In this document: positions 1 through 7,270 of the stretch, in pieces
Numbering within the stretch: the first letter of the stretch is position 1
Layout of the letters: the number at the start of each line of letters is the position of its first letter
Source: a virus
Length of the DNA: 14,378 bases
Reading direction: 5' to 3' (one strand)
UHGV virus genome: UHGV-2151295
The notes under the pieces: generated by a model
Seen by the model: only the letters and a program-made list of their open reading frames with translations
Database searches by the model: none
Told to the model about the DNA's origin: nothing
Made by a program: the position numbers and the translations under genes

Positions 1-105
1 CTTGCCACCACCCCGCAGAACGGGCATTCCCTGCTCCTGCCAGTTCTGAATGGTACGGATACTCGCACCGAAAATGTCAGCCAGCTGCTTTTTGTTGACT
101 TCCAT
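1..105 (-). CDS. nu1: Terminase small subunit Nu1, N-terminal 35 codons (gene continues beyond left edge of window)
   Basis: Reverse-complement translation from ATG at 105..103 gives MEVNKKQLADIFGASIRTIQNWQEQGMPVLRGGGK, which I recognise as the lambda Nu1 N-terminus (winged-helix cosB-binding domain). Truncated by the window edge. Confidence 0.9.
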   Translation of the reverse strand, partial: MEVNKKQLADIFGASIRTIQNWQEQGMPVLRGGGK

Positions 106-119
106 TGTTCATTCCACGG

Positions 120-300
120 ACAAAAACAGAGAAAGGAAACGACAGAGGCCAAAAAGCTCGTTTTCAGCACCTGTCGTTTCCTTTCTTTTCATAGGGTGTT
201 TTAAATAAAAACATTAGGTTACGGCGAAGAAGAACGGAAACGCCTTAAACCGGAAAATTTTCATAAATAGCGAAAACCCGCGCGCCTTCCGCCCCGTGAG
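120..300. other. cos region (cosB plus cosN-equivalent at about 283..294)
   Basis: Sequence between the Nu1 start and position 282 matches, in reverse complement, the lambda left-end leader (CGCGGGTTTTCGCTATTTATGAAAATTTTCCGGTTTAAGGCG...) with a few substitutions. The 12 nt where lambda has its cohesive end read GGGCGGAAGGCG here on the minus strand. Confidence 0.7.
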
Positions 301-442
301 AGCTCAGGTCATCAGAAGGACCCACATTAAAGGCAGAATATTCACTCTGATATTACGCATTGTTTTGCTTTTGTAGATTCGCAATTTACGGTAAAAATCC
401 TTTTGCTATTTCTTCGTACCATAAATGCACAGGAGTATCTTA

Positions 443-763
443 ATGTCCATAAAGGTATTCAGAAGTGACCTTCAGACTGAGAGTGAATCAGACTATCGTA
501 ATTGGCTTGGCGATAATCCAGACGGATATGTTGTCAATGCATTGAAGCGAACCAGAGGTAAAGGTAATAAATCTGACGAACGCTTTACCAGAATCCATAG
601 AGCATCTTGCAAAACGATTAATCCCCTGAAACGCAAGATCGATAAAACAGGATTCACAACTGGAGATTATCAAAAAATATGCTCAACCAACTTCCTCAAT
701 GTTGAAAATGAAGCAAAGAAAATGACAGGTCTGACGAGCATCATCAAATGTCGATGCATCTAA
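443..763 (+). CDS. Hypothetical protein, 106 aa, Lys/Arg-rich, at the bor locus
   Basis: ORF track 425..763; AGGAG at 431..435 sits 7 nt upstream of ATG 443, so 443 is the likelier start. AT-rich. Same orientation as lambda bor but the sequence is not Bor (no lipoprotein signal). No family recognised. Confidence 0.45.
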   Translation: MSIKVFRSDLQTESESDYRNWLGDNPDGYVVNALKRTRGKGNKSDERFTRIHRASCKTINPLKRKIDKTGFTTGDYQKICSTNFLNVENEAKKMTGLTSIIKCRCI

Positions 764-980
764 AGCGTCCTGTAATTAACATGTTCAAAACACTCTCCGG
801 GTGACCGCTAATGCTGTTGTCAGCCAAAAACTCTACGTTTCGATTATGTCAATTTTGCACCGCCCGATGCCGATAAATGCGAAAATCCGGCGACTATGTA
901 GCGTAATCAAATCAACGAGATACCACTTTCATGAAATAATTATCATCTGTCAGTTCAATATCAATGTTGAGAGAGAATAA

Positions 981-1133
981 ATGAGAGGAATGCCAAGAGG
1001 AAGTCGAGGACAGAGGGCTGTCCAGTCAACAGCAAGAAGAGCAAGACGATCAAATGCCAGCCATTCTGACCAATTAGGATGCCTGGCACTAATCATCTTT
1101 GGCCTGATATTTATCTATTTCATGGCTAATTAG
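981..1133 (+). CDS. Putative small membrane protein, 50 aa (Arg-rich N-terminus, C-terminal hydrophobic helix)
   Basis: Translated by hand: MRGMPRGSRGQRAVQSTARRARRSNASHSDQLGCLALIIFGLIFIYFMAN, stop TAG at 1131..1133. Purine-rich GAGAGAGA upstream of the ATG. Below the ORF-track size cutoff. Uses many rare Arg codons (AGA/AGG/CGA), so it may not be expressed. Confidence 0.3.
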   Translation: MRGMPRGSRGQRAVQSTARRARRSNASHSDQLGCLALIIFGLIFIYFMAN

Positions 1134-1143
1134 CAAAGATTGC

Positions 1144-1422
1144 TCATCTTACACACTGCGTTCGAATGTATTGCTGCAAGCCTCGGATCATTTTATCACT
1201 GGTTTCAATCCGCTTTCTAAGGGTGAAATAATCCCGTTGAGCGGTGTCAGTAAGTCTGGGGCTGGCGCCATCATCCACGCCGGAGGCGGCGGTGATTTTA
1301 TGCATGTCGGGACAGACTGCATTGAAGCGCAGCCGCTTACGCCCAGCAGAAACATCAGCACGTAGACTTTCGATAACCTGCTCATTGCTGCCCCCACAAA
1401 CAGACTTCACGCTCAATCTCAC
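1144..1422 (-). CDS. rz: Spanin inner-membrane subunit Rz-like, apparently N-terminally short (92 aa, GTG start)
   Basis: C-terminal 70 aa ([15 protein letters not shown]...[18 protein letters not shown]...) align to lambda Rz. The frame has an in-frame TGA at 1431..1429, so the ORF cannot extend to encode the N-terminal TM anchor of a 153-aa Rz. Confidence 0.65.
   Translation of the reverse strand: MRLSVKSVCGGSNEQVIESLRADVSAGRKRLRFNAVCPDMHKITAASGVDDGASPRLTDTAQRDYFTLRKRIETSDKMIRGLQQYIRTQCVR
1188..1385 (-). CDS. rz1: Spanin outer-membrane lipoprotein Rz1 (embedded in Rz, +1 frame)
   Basis: [19 protein letters not shown] lipobox followed by the proline-rich [13 protein letters not shown]...TPLNGIISP motif characteristic of lambda Rz1. 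ATG at 1385..1383 overlaps the endolysin stop. Confidence 0.7.
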   Translation of the reverse strand: MSRLSKVYVLMFLLGVSGCASMQSVPTCIKSPPPPAWMMAPAPDLLTPLNGIISPLESGLKPVIK

Positions 1423-1696
1423 GGCGAGTCATCAGCCCTTTCCATTGCTTACCGCCAGCGTATGTCCAGCGACGTAGCTGGTCACATGCGCCTTTGATAT
1501 CGCCCTGGTTTATTTTGCGAAGAAGCGTCGATGTTCTGAAATTGCCAGCACCCACGTTGTAGACGAACGAGTAAAGAGCGCCGCGCGTTGTTTCCGGTAT
1601 ATCGACTTTGATGTACGGGTTAATTTGTCTGGCGACCGTGGCAAGGTCTTTATTCAGGAGGGCTTTGCATTCTGCTTCGGTATACGTTTTAGATGG
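1382..1696 (-). pseudogene. Endolysin remnant: C-terminal about 104 codons of a GH24 (T4-lysozyme-like, R21/RrrD-type) lysozyme, with no start codon and no catalytic N-terminus
   Basis: Minus-strand translation [104 protein letters not shown]. It is in the same frame as ren and begins 2 codons after the ren TGA (1699..1697). The N-terminal about 60 aa that carry the catalytic Glu/Asp/Thr triad in this family are absent. Confidence 0.7.
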
Positions 1697-1987
1697 TCAT
1701 CTTTTAACTCCATATACTGCCAATACCCGTTTCATCGCGGCACTCTGGCGACACTCCTTAAAAATCAGGTTCGTGCTCATCTTTCCTTCCCGTTCTTCCC
1801 TGGTAGCAAACCGGTAATACACCGTTCGCCAGACCTTACCTTCGATAACCAGAAGACCTGCCCGTGCCATTTTAGCCGCGGCCTGATTTATGCTGGTTAC
1901 TGTTGCGCCTGTTAGCGCGGCAACGTCCGGCGCACAGAAGCTATTATGCGTCCCCAGGTAATGAATAATTGCCTCTTTGCCCGTCAT
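1697..1987 (-). CDS. ren: Ren protein (Rex-exclusion resistance), 96 aa
   Basis: Translation MTGKEAIIHYLGTHNSFCAPDVAALTGATVTSINQAAAKMARAG... recognised as lambda Ren; lies directly downstream of P as in lambda. Confidence 0.85.
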   Translation of the reverse strand: MTGKEAIIHYLGTHNSFCAPDVAALTGATVTSINQAAAKMARAGLLVIEGKVWRTVYYRFATREEREGKMSTNLIFKECRQSAAMKRVLAVYGVKR

Positions 1988-2685
1988 ACACTTGCTCCTT
2001 TCAGTCCGAACTTAGCTTTGATTTCTGCGATCTTCGCCAGAGCCTGTGCACGATTTAGAGGTCTACCGCCCATGACAGGAAGTTGTTTTACTGGTTCAGG
2101 GATCGCCTCACCACGGTTAATTCTCGCAGTCATATGGACAAGCTCATCTGCGGCCTTACGGCGTAATTCCGCATCAGTAAGCGCATTGGCCCGCATGTTC
2201 TGATACAGGTTGGTAATCAGCCAGTAGTGCGCGTTTGATTTCCACGGATAAGACTCCGCATCCGGATACAGGCCTCGCTTCCGGCAATACTCGTAAACCA
2301 TATCAACCAGCTCGCTGACGTTTGGCAGTCCGGCGGTAACGGATGCTTCTTCCCGGCACCATGCAACAAACTGCCCGGGTGATGGCAGAAATGGTCGATT
2401 CTGCCGACGGGCTACGCGCATTCCTGCGTTAACCTGTTCCATCGTGGTGATCCCGTTTTCCCGGAAAGCCAGCACCCACTGGCGGCGGATTTCGTTCAGT
2501 TCGTTCTGGTCCCGGTTAGCTAGGCTCGCCGGGAAAGTTGCCAGTAACTGGCTGAACACACCATTGATGATCTGCGCTACCTGTTGTACCTGCGGCTTTT
2601 CGTCGTACTGTTCCGGCATGTTGTTGGCGATCCGACGCATCTGCTCACGGTCAAAGTTAACCATCTGTGCGGCGATGTTTTTCAT
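1984..2685 (-). CDS. P: Replication protein P (DnaB helicase loader), 233 aa
   Basis: Translation MKNIAAQMVNFDREQMRRIANNMPEQYDEKPQVQQVAQIINGVF... recognised as near-identical to lambda P; 4-nt overlap with O stop. Confidence 0.95.
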   Translation of the reverse strand: MKNIAAQMVNFDREQMRRIANNMPEQYDEKPQVQQVAQIINGVFSQLLATFPASLANRDQNELNEIRRQWVLAFRENGITTMEQVNAGMRVARRQNRPFLPSPGQFVAWCREEASVTAGLPNVSELVDMVYEYCRKRGLYPDAESYPWKSNAHYWLITNLYQNMRANALTDAELRRKAADELVHMTARINRGEAIPEPVKQLPVMGGRPLNRAQALAKIAEIKAKFGLKGASV

Positions 2686-3581
2686 AAATCCACCCCGTAA
2701 ATCCAGTCAGTGTTTGTCAGGTCGAGTTTTGGTTTGCTGGCTGTCACGCCTGCCTGTTGCTTGTTACGGTTGATTTCGAGCTGGGTCCACTTGTCGCGGA
2801 GTTTGGCCGGACTCAGCACGTTACCGGACCAGAAGTTGTCCTGGCAGGCCCAGCGGAAAAGCACACACATATCGCGGTGGTTACGTCCGTCACGTTCACG
2901 CATCAGGCGGATATCGTTAGCCCACCCAGCAAAATTCGGTTTTCTGGCTGATGGCGCGATGGTCTTCACCATGTCAAACATCCACTCTGCGGCGGTCAGG
3001 TCTTCTGCTGTTCCCCACTTGCTGCCGCTCTGAATTGCAGCATCCGGTTTAACCACAGAAAGATCGTTTTCTGGCTGGTAAGAGGATTCGCCAGAATTCT
3101 CGGACGAATAATCTTTTCTTTTTTCTTTTGTAATAGTGTCTTTTGTGTCCCCCTGTTTTGAGGGATAGCAATCCCCCAATTTGAGGGATGTTTTATCCCT
3201 CGTTTTAGGGGATTTTCCCTCGTTTTGAGGGATACACCATTCTGAGATGTTTTTATTTGGTCCAAACATGCCGCCTTGCTGCTTGATAATATTCATTCTG
3301 ACGAGTTCTAACTTGGCTTCATTGCACCGTTTGACAGGTAACTTTGTAATCTCGCTAAGTTGAGAATCGGTGATTCTGTCCATTGGTTTATTCCACCCAT
3401 AGGTTTTACGCAGAATGGCAAGCAGCACTTTAAACTGTCGCTTGGTCAGATCTGCGCCCGAATAAGCCTCAAGCAGCATATTTGATAGTCTGGCGTAACC
3501 ATCATCGAGATCTGCCACATTACGCTCCTGTCCGGCAAAGTTACCTCTGCCGAAGTTGAGTATTTTTGCTGTATTTGTCAT
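2682..3581 (-). CDS. O: Replication initiator protein O, 299 aa
   Basis: Translation MTNTAKILNFGRGNFAGQERNVADLDDGYARLSNMLLEAYSGADLTKRQFKVLLAIL... recognised as lambda O; contains the ori iterons internally. Confidence 0.95.
   Translation of the reverse strand: MTNTAKILNFGRGNFAGQERNVADLDDGYARLSNMLLEAYSGADLTKRQFKVLLAILRKTYGWNKPMDRITDSQLSEITKLPVKRCNEAKLELVRMNIIKQQGGMFGPNKNISEWCIPQNEGKSPKTRDKTSLKLGDCYPSKQGDTKDTITKEKRKDYSSENSGESSYQPENDLSVVKPDAAIQSGSKWGTAEDLTAAEWMFDMVKTIAPSARKPNFAGWANDIRLMRERDGRNHRDMCVLFRWACQDNFWSGNVLSPAKLRDKWTQLEINRNKQQAGVTASKPKLDLTNTDWIYGVDL
3090..3240. repeat. ori-lambda: four about 18-bp O-binding iterons (about 3155..3236) plus adjacent AT-rich unwinding region (about 3090..3150)
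   Basis: Seen directly: tandem copies of ATCCCTCAAAAC/TCCCTCGTTTTAGGGGA-type inverted-repeat iterons (tccccctgttttgaggga, atcccccaatttgaggga, atccctcgttttagggga, ttccctcgttttgaggga), preceded by an A/T-rich tract inside the O coding sequence. Confidence 0.85.
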
Positions 3582-3591
3582 AATGACTCCT

Positions 3592-3668
3592 GTTGATAGA
3601 TCCAGTAATGACCTCAGAACTCCATCTGGATTTGTTCAGAACGCTCGGTTGCCGCCGGGCGTTTTTTA
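3592..3668 (+). ncRNA. oop: OOP antisense RNA (about 77 nt), antisense to the 3' end of cII
   Basis: Sequence gttgatagatccagtaatgacctcagaactccatctggatttgttcagaacgctcggttgccgccgggcgtttttt matches my recollection of lambda OOP RNA; ends in a GC-rich hairpin plus T6 terminator at 3662..3667. Confidence 0.7.
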
Positions 3669-3907
3669 TTGGTGAGAATCGCAGCAACTTGTCGCGCCAA
3701 TCGAGCCATGTCGTCGTCAACGACCCCCCATTCAAGAACAGCAAGCAGCATTGAGAACTTTGGAATCCAGTCTCTCTTCCACCTGCTGATCTGCGACTTA
3801 TCAACTCCTACAGCTTCCGCTGTCTTCTCAGTTCCAAGCATTGCGATTTTGTTAAGCAACGCACTCTCGATTCGTAGAGCCTCGTTGCGTTTGTTTGCAC
3901 GAACCAT
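3614..3907 (-). CDS. cII: Transcriptional activator CII, 97 aa
   Basis: Translation from the internal Met of ORF 3614..3967: MVRANKRNEALRIESALLNKIAMLGTEKTAEAVGVDKSQISRWKRDWIPKFSMLLAVLEWGVVDDDMARLARQVAAILTNKKRPAATERSEQIQMEF, recognised as lambda CII. The upstream extension of the ORF is spurious. Confidence 0.95.
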   Translation of the reverse strand: MVRANKRNEALRIESALLNKIAMLGTEKTAEAVGVDKSQISRWKRDWIPKFSMLLAVLEWGVVDDDMARLARQVAAILTNKKRPAATERSEQIQMEF

Positions 3908-3984
3908 ATGTAAGTATTTCCTTAGATAACAATTGATTGAATGTATGCAAATAAATGCATACACCATAGGTGTGGTTTAATTTG

Positions 3985-3999
3985 ATGCCCTTTTTCAGG
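3985..3999 (-). promoter_or_regulatory. nutR boxB hairpin (N-utilisation site, between cro and cII)
   Basis: Minus-strand sequence GCCCTGAAAAAGGGC: a 5-bp GC stem with a GAAAA-type loop, the canonical lambda boxB-right. Confidence 0.7.
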
Positions 4000-4025
4000 G
4001 CTGGGATGTGTAAGAGCGGGGTTAT

Positions 4026-4235
<210 letters not shown>

Positions 4236-4252
4236 TTAGTACATGCAACTAT

Positions 4253-4316
4253 TATCACCGCTAGAGGTAAAATAGTCAACACGCACGGTGTTAGATATTT
4301 ATCCCTTGCGGTGATA
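4253..4316. promoter_or_regulatory. Right operator oR1 (4253..4269), oR2 (4277..4293), oR3 (4300..4316) with divergent pR (toward cro, -) and pRM (toward cI, +)
   Basis: Three 17-bp partially palindromic TATCACCGC-type operators seen directly: tatcaccgctagaggta, caacacgcacggtgtta, tatcccttgcggtgata. pR -35 TTGACT and -10 GATAAT are visible on the minus strand. Confidence 0.85.
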
Positions 4317-4323
4317 GATTTAA

Positions 4324-5040
<717 letters not shown>

Positions 5041-5071
5041 TTGTTTTATTTTTCACGTAATAGGATGATTT

Positions 5072-5833
5072 ATGACACAGTTTCAACTTGCATTAATCGC
5101 TAGAGAAGTTGATGGAGAAGTCATCCATCTTCGCACCAAAGACGGATACATCAATGCCACCGCGATGTGCAAGTCTGCGGGGAAGCTACTTGCTGACTAT
5201 ACACGACTAAAAACAACACAAGATTTTTTTGATGAATTATCACGCGATATGGGGATTCCCATATCGGAGTTAATTCAATCATTTAAAGGCGGAAGAGCAG
5301 AGAATCAAGGGACTTGGGTTCATCCAGACATCGCAATTAATTTAGCTCAGTGGCTATCTCCAAAATTTGCAGTGCAAGTATCGAGATGGGTGCGTGAGTG
5401 GATGTCAGGTGAAAGAGCGCCTGCCGAACTCCCTATCCACCTTAAGCGGTATATGACAAACCGAGGCAGAGTTCCTCATACGCACTTTTCTATGCTTAAT
5501 GAACTGACGTTTAACTTGGTTGCGCCACTTGAACAGGCCGGATATACGCTGCCAGAAAAAATGGTCCCTGATATTTCAGAGGGTAGGGTTTTCTCGCAAT
5601 GGCTCCGTGACAACCGGGGGGTTGAGCCGAAGACATTCCCAACATATAACCATGAGTACCCAGATGGCCGGACATTCCCGGTACGTCTATACCCAAACGA
5701 ATATCTTGCAGATTTCAAACAACACTTCAACGAAGTGTGGCTGCCTCAGTACGCTCCTAAATATTTTGCTGAACGAGACCAAAGGGCATTGACGTTGATT
5801 GAGAAAATCATGCTACCTGACCTTGATTCCTAA
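5072..5833 (+). CDS. KilA-N domain protein, 253 aa, occupying the rexA/rexB position downstream of cI; candidate BstA-like abortive-infection/exclusion protein
   Basis: N-terminal about 110 aa carry the KilA-N signature (DGYINATAMCKSAGKLLADYTRLKTTQDF...ENQGTWVHPDIAINLAQWLSPKFAVQVSRWV). C-terminal about 140 aa have no fold I recognise. Same strand as cI, 31 bp downstream, followed by a strong terminator; no rexA or rexB is present. Confidence 0.8.
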   Translation: MTQFQLALIAREVDGEVIHLRTKDGYINATAMCKSAGKLLADYTRLKTTQDFFDELSRDMGIPISELIQSFKGGRAENQGTWVHPDIAINLAQWLSPKFAVQVSRWVREWMSGERAPAELPIHLKRYMTNRGRVPHTHFSMLNELTFNLVAPLEQAGYTLPEKMVPDISEGRVFSQWLRDNRGVEPKTFPTYNHEYPDGRTFPVRLYPNEYLADFKQHFNEVWLPQYAPKYFAERDQRALTLIEKIMLPDLDS

Positions 5834-5841
5834 ATGTTATT

Positions 5842-5867
5842 CCCGGCCACAGAGCCGGGTTTTCTTT
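5842..5867 (+). terminator. Rho-independent terminator ending the cI operon (timm-equivalent)
   Basis: CCCGGC(cacaga)GCCGGG hairpin followed by TTTTCTTT, 9 bp after the stop of the KilA-N gene. Confidence 0.6.
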
Positions 5868-6024
5868 GCCTCACGATCCCCCTCACCCAAGAACACATAA
5901 CCAATTGTATTTATTTGGAAATTAATAGATACAACTCACTAAACATCGCAATTCAGATCTCTCGATCACCTTCCCAATCCACACAACCCTGCAAAAAATA
6001 AATCTATATAAAAAACATACAGAT

Positions 6025-6090
6025 AACCATCTGCGGTGATAAATTATCTCTGGCGGTGTTGACATAAATACCACTGGCGGTGATACTAAG
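6025..6090 (+). promoter_or_regulatory. Left operator oL3 (6025..6041), oL2 (6045..6061), oL1 (6069..6085) and promoter pL (-35 TTGACA 6059..6064, -10 GATACT 6082..6087)
   Basis: Seen directly: ...atctgcggtgataaattatctctggcggtgttgacataaataccactggcggtgatact, the classic lambda pL/oL arrangement; oL1 taccactggcggtgata is identical to lambda oL1 as I recall it. Confidence 0.9.
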
Positions 6091-6126
6091 CACATCAGCA
6101 GGACGCACTGACCACCATGAAGGTGA

Positions 6127-6157
6127 CGCTCTTAAAAATTTAGCCCTGAAGAAGGGC
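6127..6157 (+). promoter_or_regulatory. nutL (boxA CGCTCTTAA about 6127..6135; boxB GCCCTGAAGAAGGGC 6143..6157)
   Basis: Canonical boxB hairpin with GAAGA loop downstream of pL, preceded by a boxA-like CGCTCTTA. Confidence 0.8.
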
Positions 6158-6267
6158 AGCATTCAAAGCAGAAGGCTTTGAGTAGCGCGAAATGCAGCTG
6201 CAAGACAGCAACCGTGGAGATAAGCATCACGGCGCGTTACTCAAAGCTAACTGGCAGGAGAATCCAG

Positions 6268-6591
6268 ATGGATGCACAAACACGCCGCCGCGAACGTCGC
6301 GCAGAGAAACAGGCTCAATGGAAAGCAGCAAATCCCCTGTTGGTTGGGGTAAGCGCAAAACCAGTTAACCGCCCTATTCTCTCGCTGAATCGCAAACCGA
6401 AATCACGAGTAGAAAGCGCACTAAATCCGATAGACCTTACAGTGCTGGCTGAATACCACGAACAGATTGAAAGCAACCTGCAACGTATTGAGCGCAAGAA
6501 TCAGCGCACATGGTACAGCAAGCCTGGCGAACGCGGCATAACATGCAGTGGACGCCAGAAAATTAAGGGAAAATCGATTCCTCTTACCTAG
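6268..6591 (+). CDS. N: Antiterminator N, 107 aa
   Basis: Translation from the internal ATG of ORF 6178..6591: MDAQTRRRERRAEKQAQWKAANPLLVGVSAKPVNRPILSLNRKPKSRVESALNPIDLTVLAEYH... recognised as lambda N (Arg-rich boxB-binding motif at the N-terminus). The upstream ORF extension begins at a TTG and is rejected. Confidence 0.9.
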   Translation: MDAQTRRRERRAEKQAQWKAANPLLVGVSAKPVNRPILSLNRKPKSRVESALNPIDLTVLAEYHEQIESNLQRIERKNQRTWYSKPGERGITCSGRQKIKGKSIPLT

Positions 6592-7146
6592 TTACTTAGA
6601 TATTGGCCTTGGCTTTATCTCAATATTATATGGATCATAGCTGGCAACTAATTCAGTCCAGTAAATATCCTCAATAGGGAATAATATATGCTTCCCGTTC
6701 CATCGGGAAAAAGTTTTGTTCAACACACCAAGCTCAATCAACTCACTAATGTATGGGAATTGTTTTGATGTAACCACATACTTCCTGCCTTCATTAAGGG
6801 CTGCGCACAAAACCATAGATTGCTCTTCTGTAAGGTTTTGAATTACTGATCGCACTTTATCGTTTTGCATCTTAATGCGTTTTCTTAGCTTAAATCGCTT
6901 ATATCTGGCGCTGGCAATAGCTGATAATCGATGCACATTAATTGCTAGCGAAAATGCAAGAGCAAAGACGAAAACATGCCACACATGAGGAATACCGATT
7001 CTCTCATTAACATATTCAGGCCAGTTATCTGGGCTTAAAAGCAGAAGTCCAACCCAGATAACGATCATATACATGGTTCTCTCCAGAGGTTCATTACTGA
7101 ACACTCGTCCGAGAATAACGAGTGGATCCATTTCTATACTCATCAA
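6592..7146 (-). CDS. sieB: Superinfection exclusion protein SieB, 184 aa (membrane protein)
   Basis: Translation MMSIEMDPLVILGRVFSNEPLERTMYMIVIWVGLLLLSPDNWPEYVNERIG... recognised as lambda SieB; convergent with N as in lambda. Confidence 0.9.
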   Translation of the reverse strand: MMSIEMDPLVILGRVFSNEPLERTMYMIVIWVGLLLLSPDNWPEYVNERIGIPHVWHVFVFALAFSLAINVHRLSAIASARYKRFKLRKRIKMQNDKVRSVIQNLTEEQSMVLCAALNEGRKYVVTSKQFPYISELIELGVLNKTFSRWNGKHILFPIEDIYWTELVASYDPYNIEIKPRPISK

Positions 7147-7270
7147 ACTGTAGGGGTTGTAATAGTTTATCCGATTTCTCGCTGTAGGGGTACACGAGAA
7201 CCACCGAGCCTGATGTGGTTAAAAGACAGGCACAATCTTTACTACCGCAATCCACTATTTAAGGTGATAT

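Noticed and set aside
1171-1477. Plus-strand ORFs 1171..1365 and 1244..1477
   Set aside because: They are antisense to Rz/Rz1 and the endolysin remnant, which have clear homology; no independent support.
1382-1990. Searched for Q antiterminator, pR'/qut, holin S and an intact endolysin upstream of Rz
   Set aside because: Not present in the window: ren abuts the endolysin C-terminal fragment directly, leaving no room for them.
1608-2203. Plus-strand ORFs 1608..1817, 1625..1915 and 1946..2203
   Set aside because: Antisense to ren and P, which are recognised near-identically to lambda; typical shadow ORFs.
2444-3033. Plus-strand ORFs 2444..2773, 2710..3033, 2757..2951 and minus-strand ORF 2996..3265
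   Set aside because: All lie inside the O/P coding region in other frames or antisense; O and P account for the region.
3150-3240. Tandem about 18-bp repeats that could be mistaken for a CRISPR array
   Set aside because: Four contiguous repeats with no spacers, inside the O gene and followed by an AT-rich tract: these are the ori-lambda iterons.
3908-3967. Upstream extension of cII (ORF 3614..3967, 117 aa, starting MVYAFICIHSINCY...)
   Set aside because: CII is 97 aa starting MVRANKRN; the extension runs into the nutR/tR1 region and is spurious.
5041-6024. Searched for rexA and rexB downstream of cI
   Set aside because: Neither is present. The only ORF between cI and oL is the 253-aa KilA-N protein, whose sequence is unrelated to RexA or RexB as I recall them.
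6178-6267. Upstream in-frame extension of N (ORF track 6178..6591, starting MSSAKCSCKT...)
   Set aside because: The extension begins at a TTG and runs through the nutL-proximal leader; the recognisable N protein begins at ATG 6268 (MDAQTRRRERR...).
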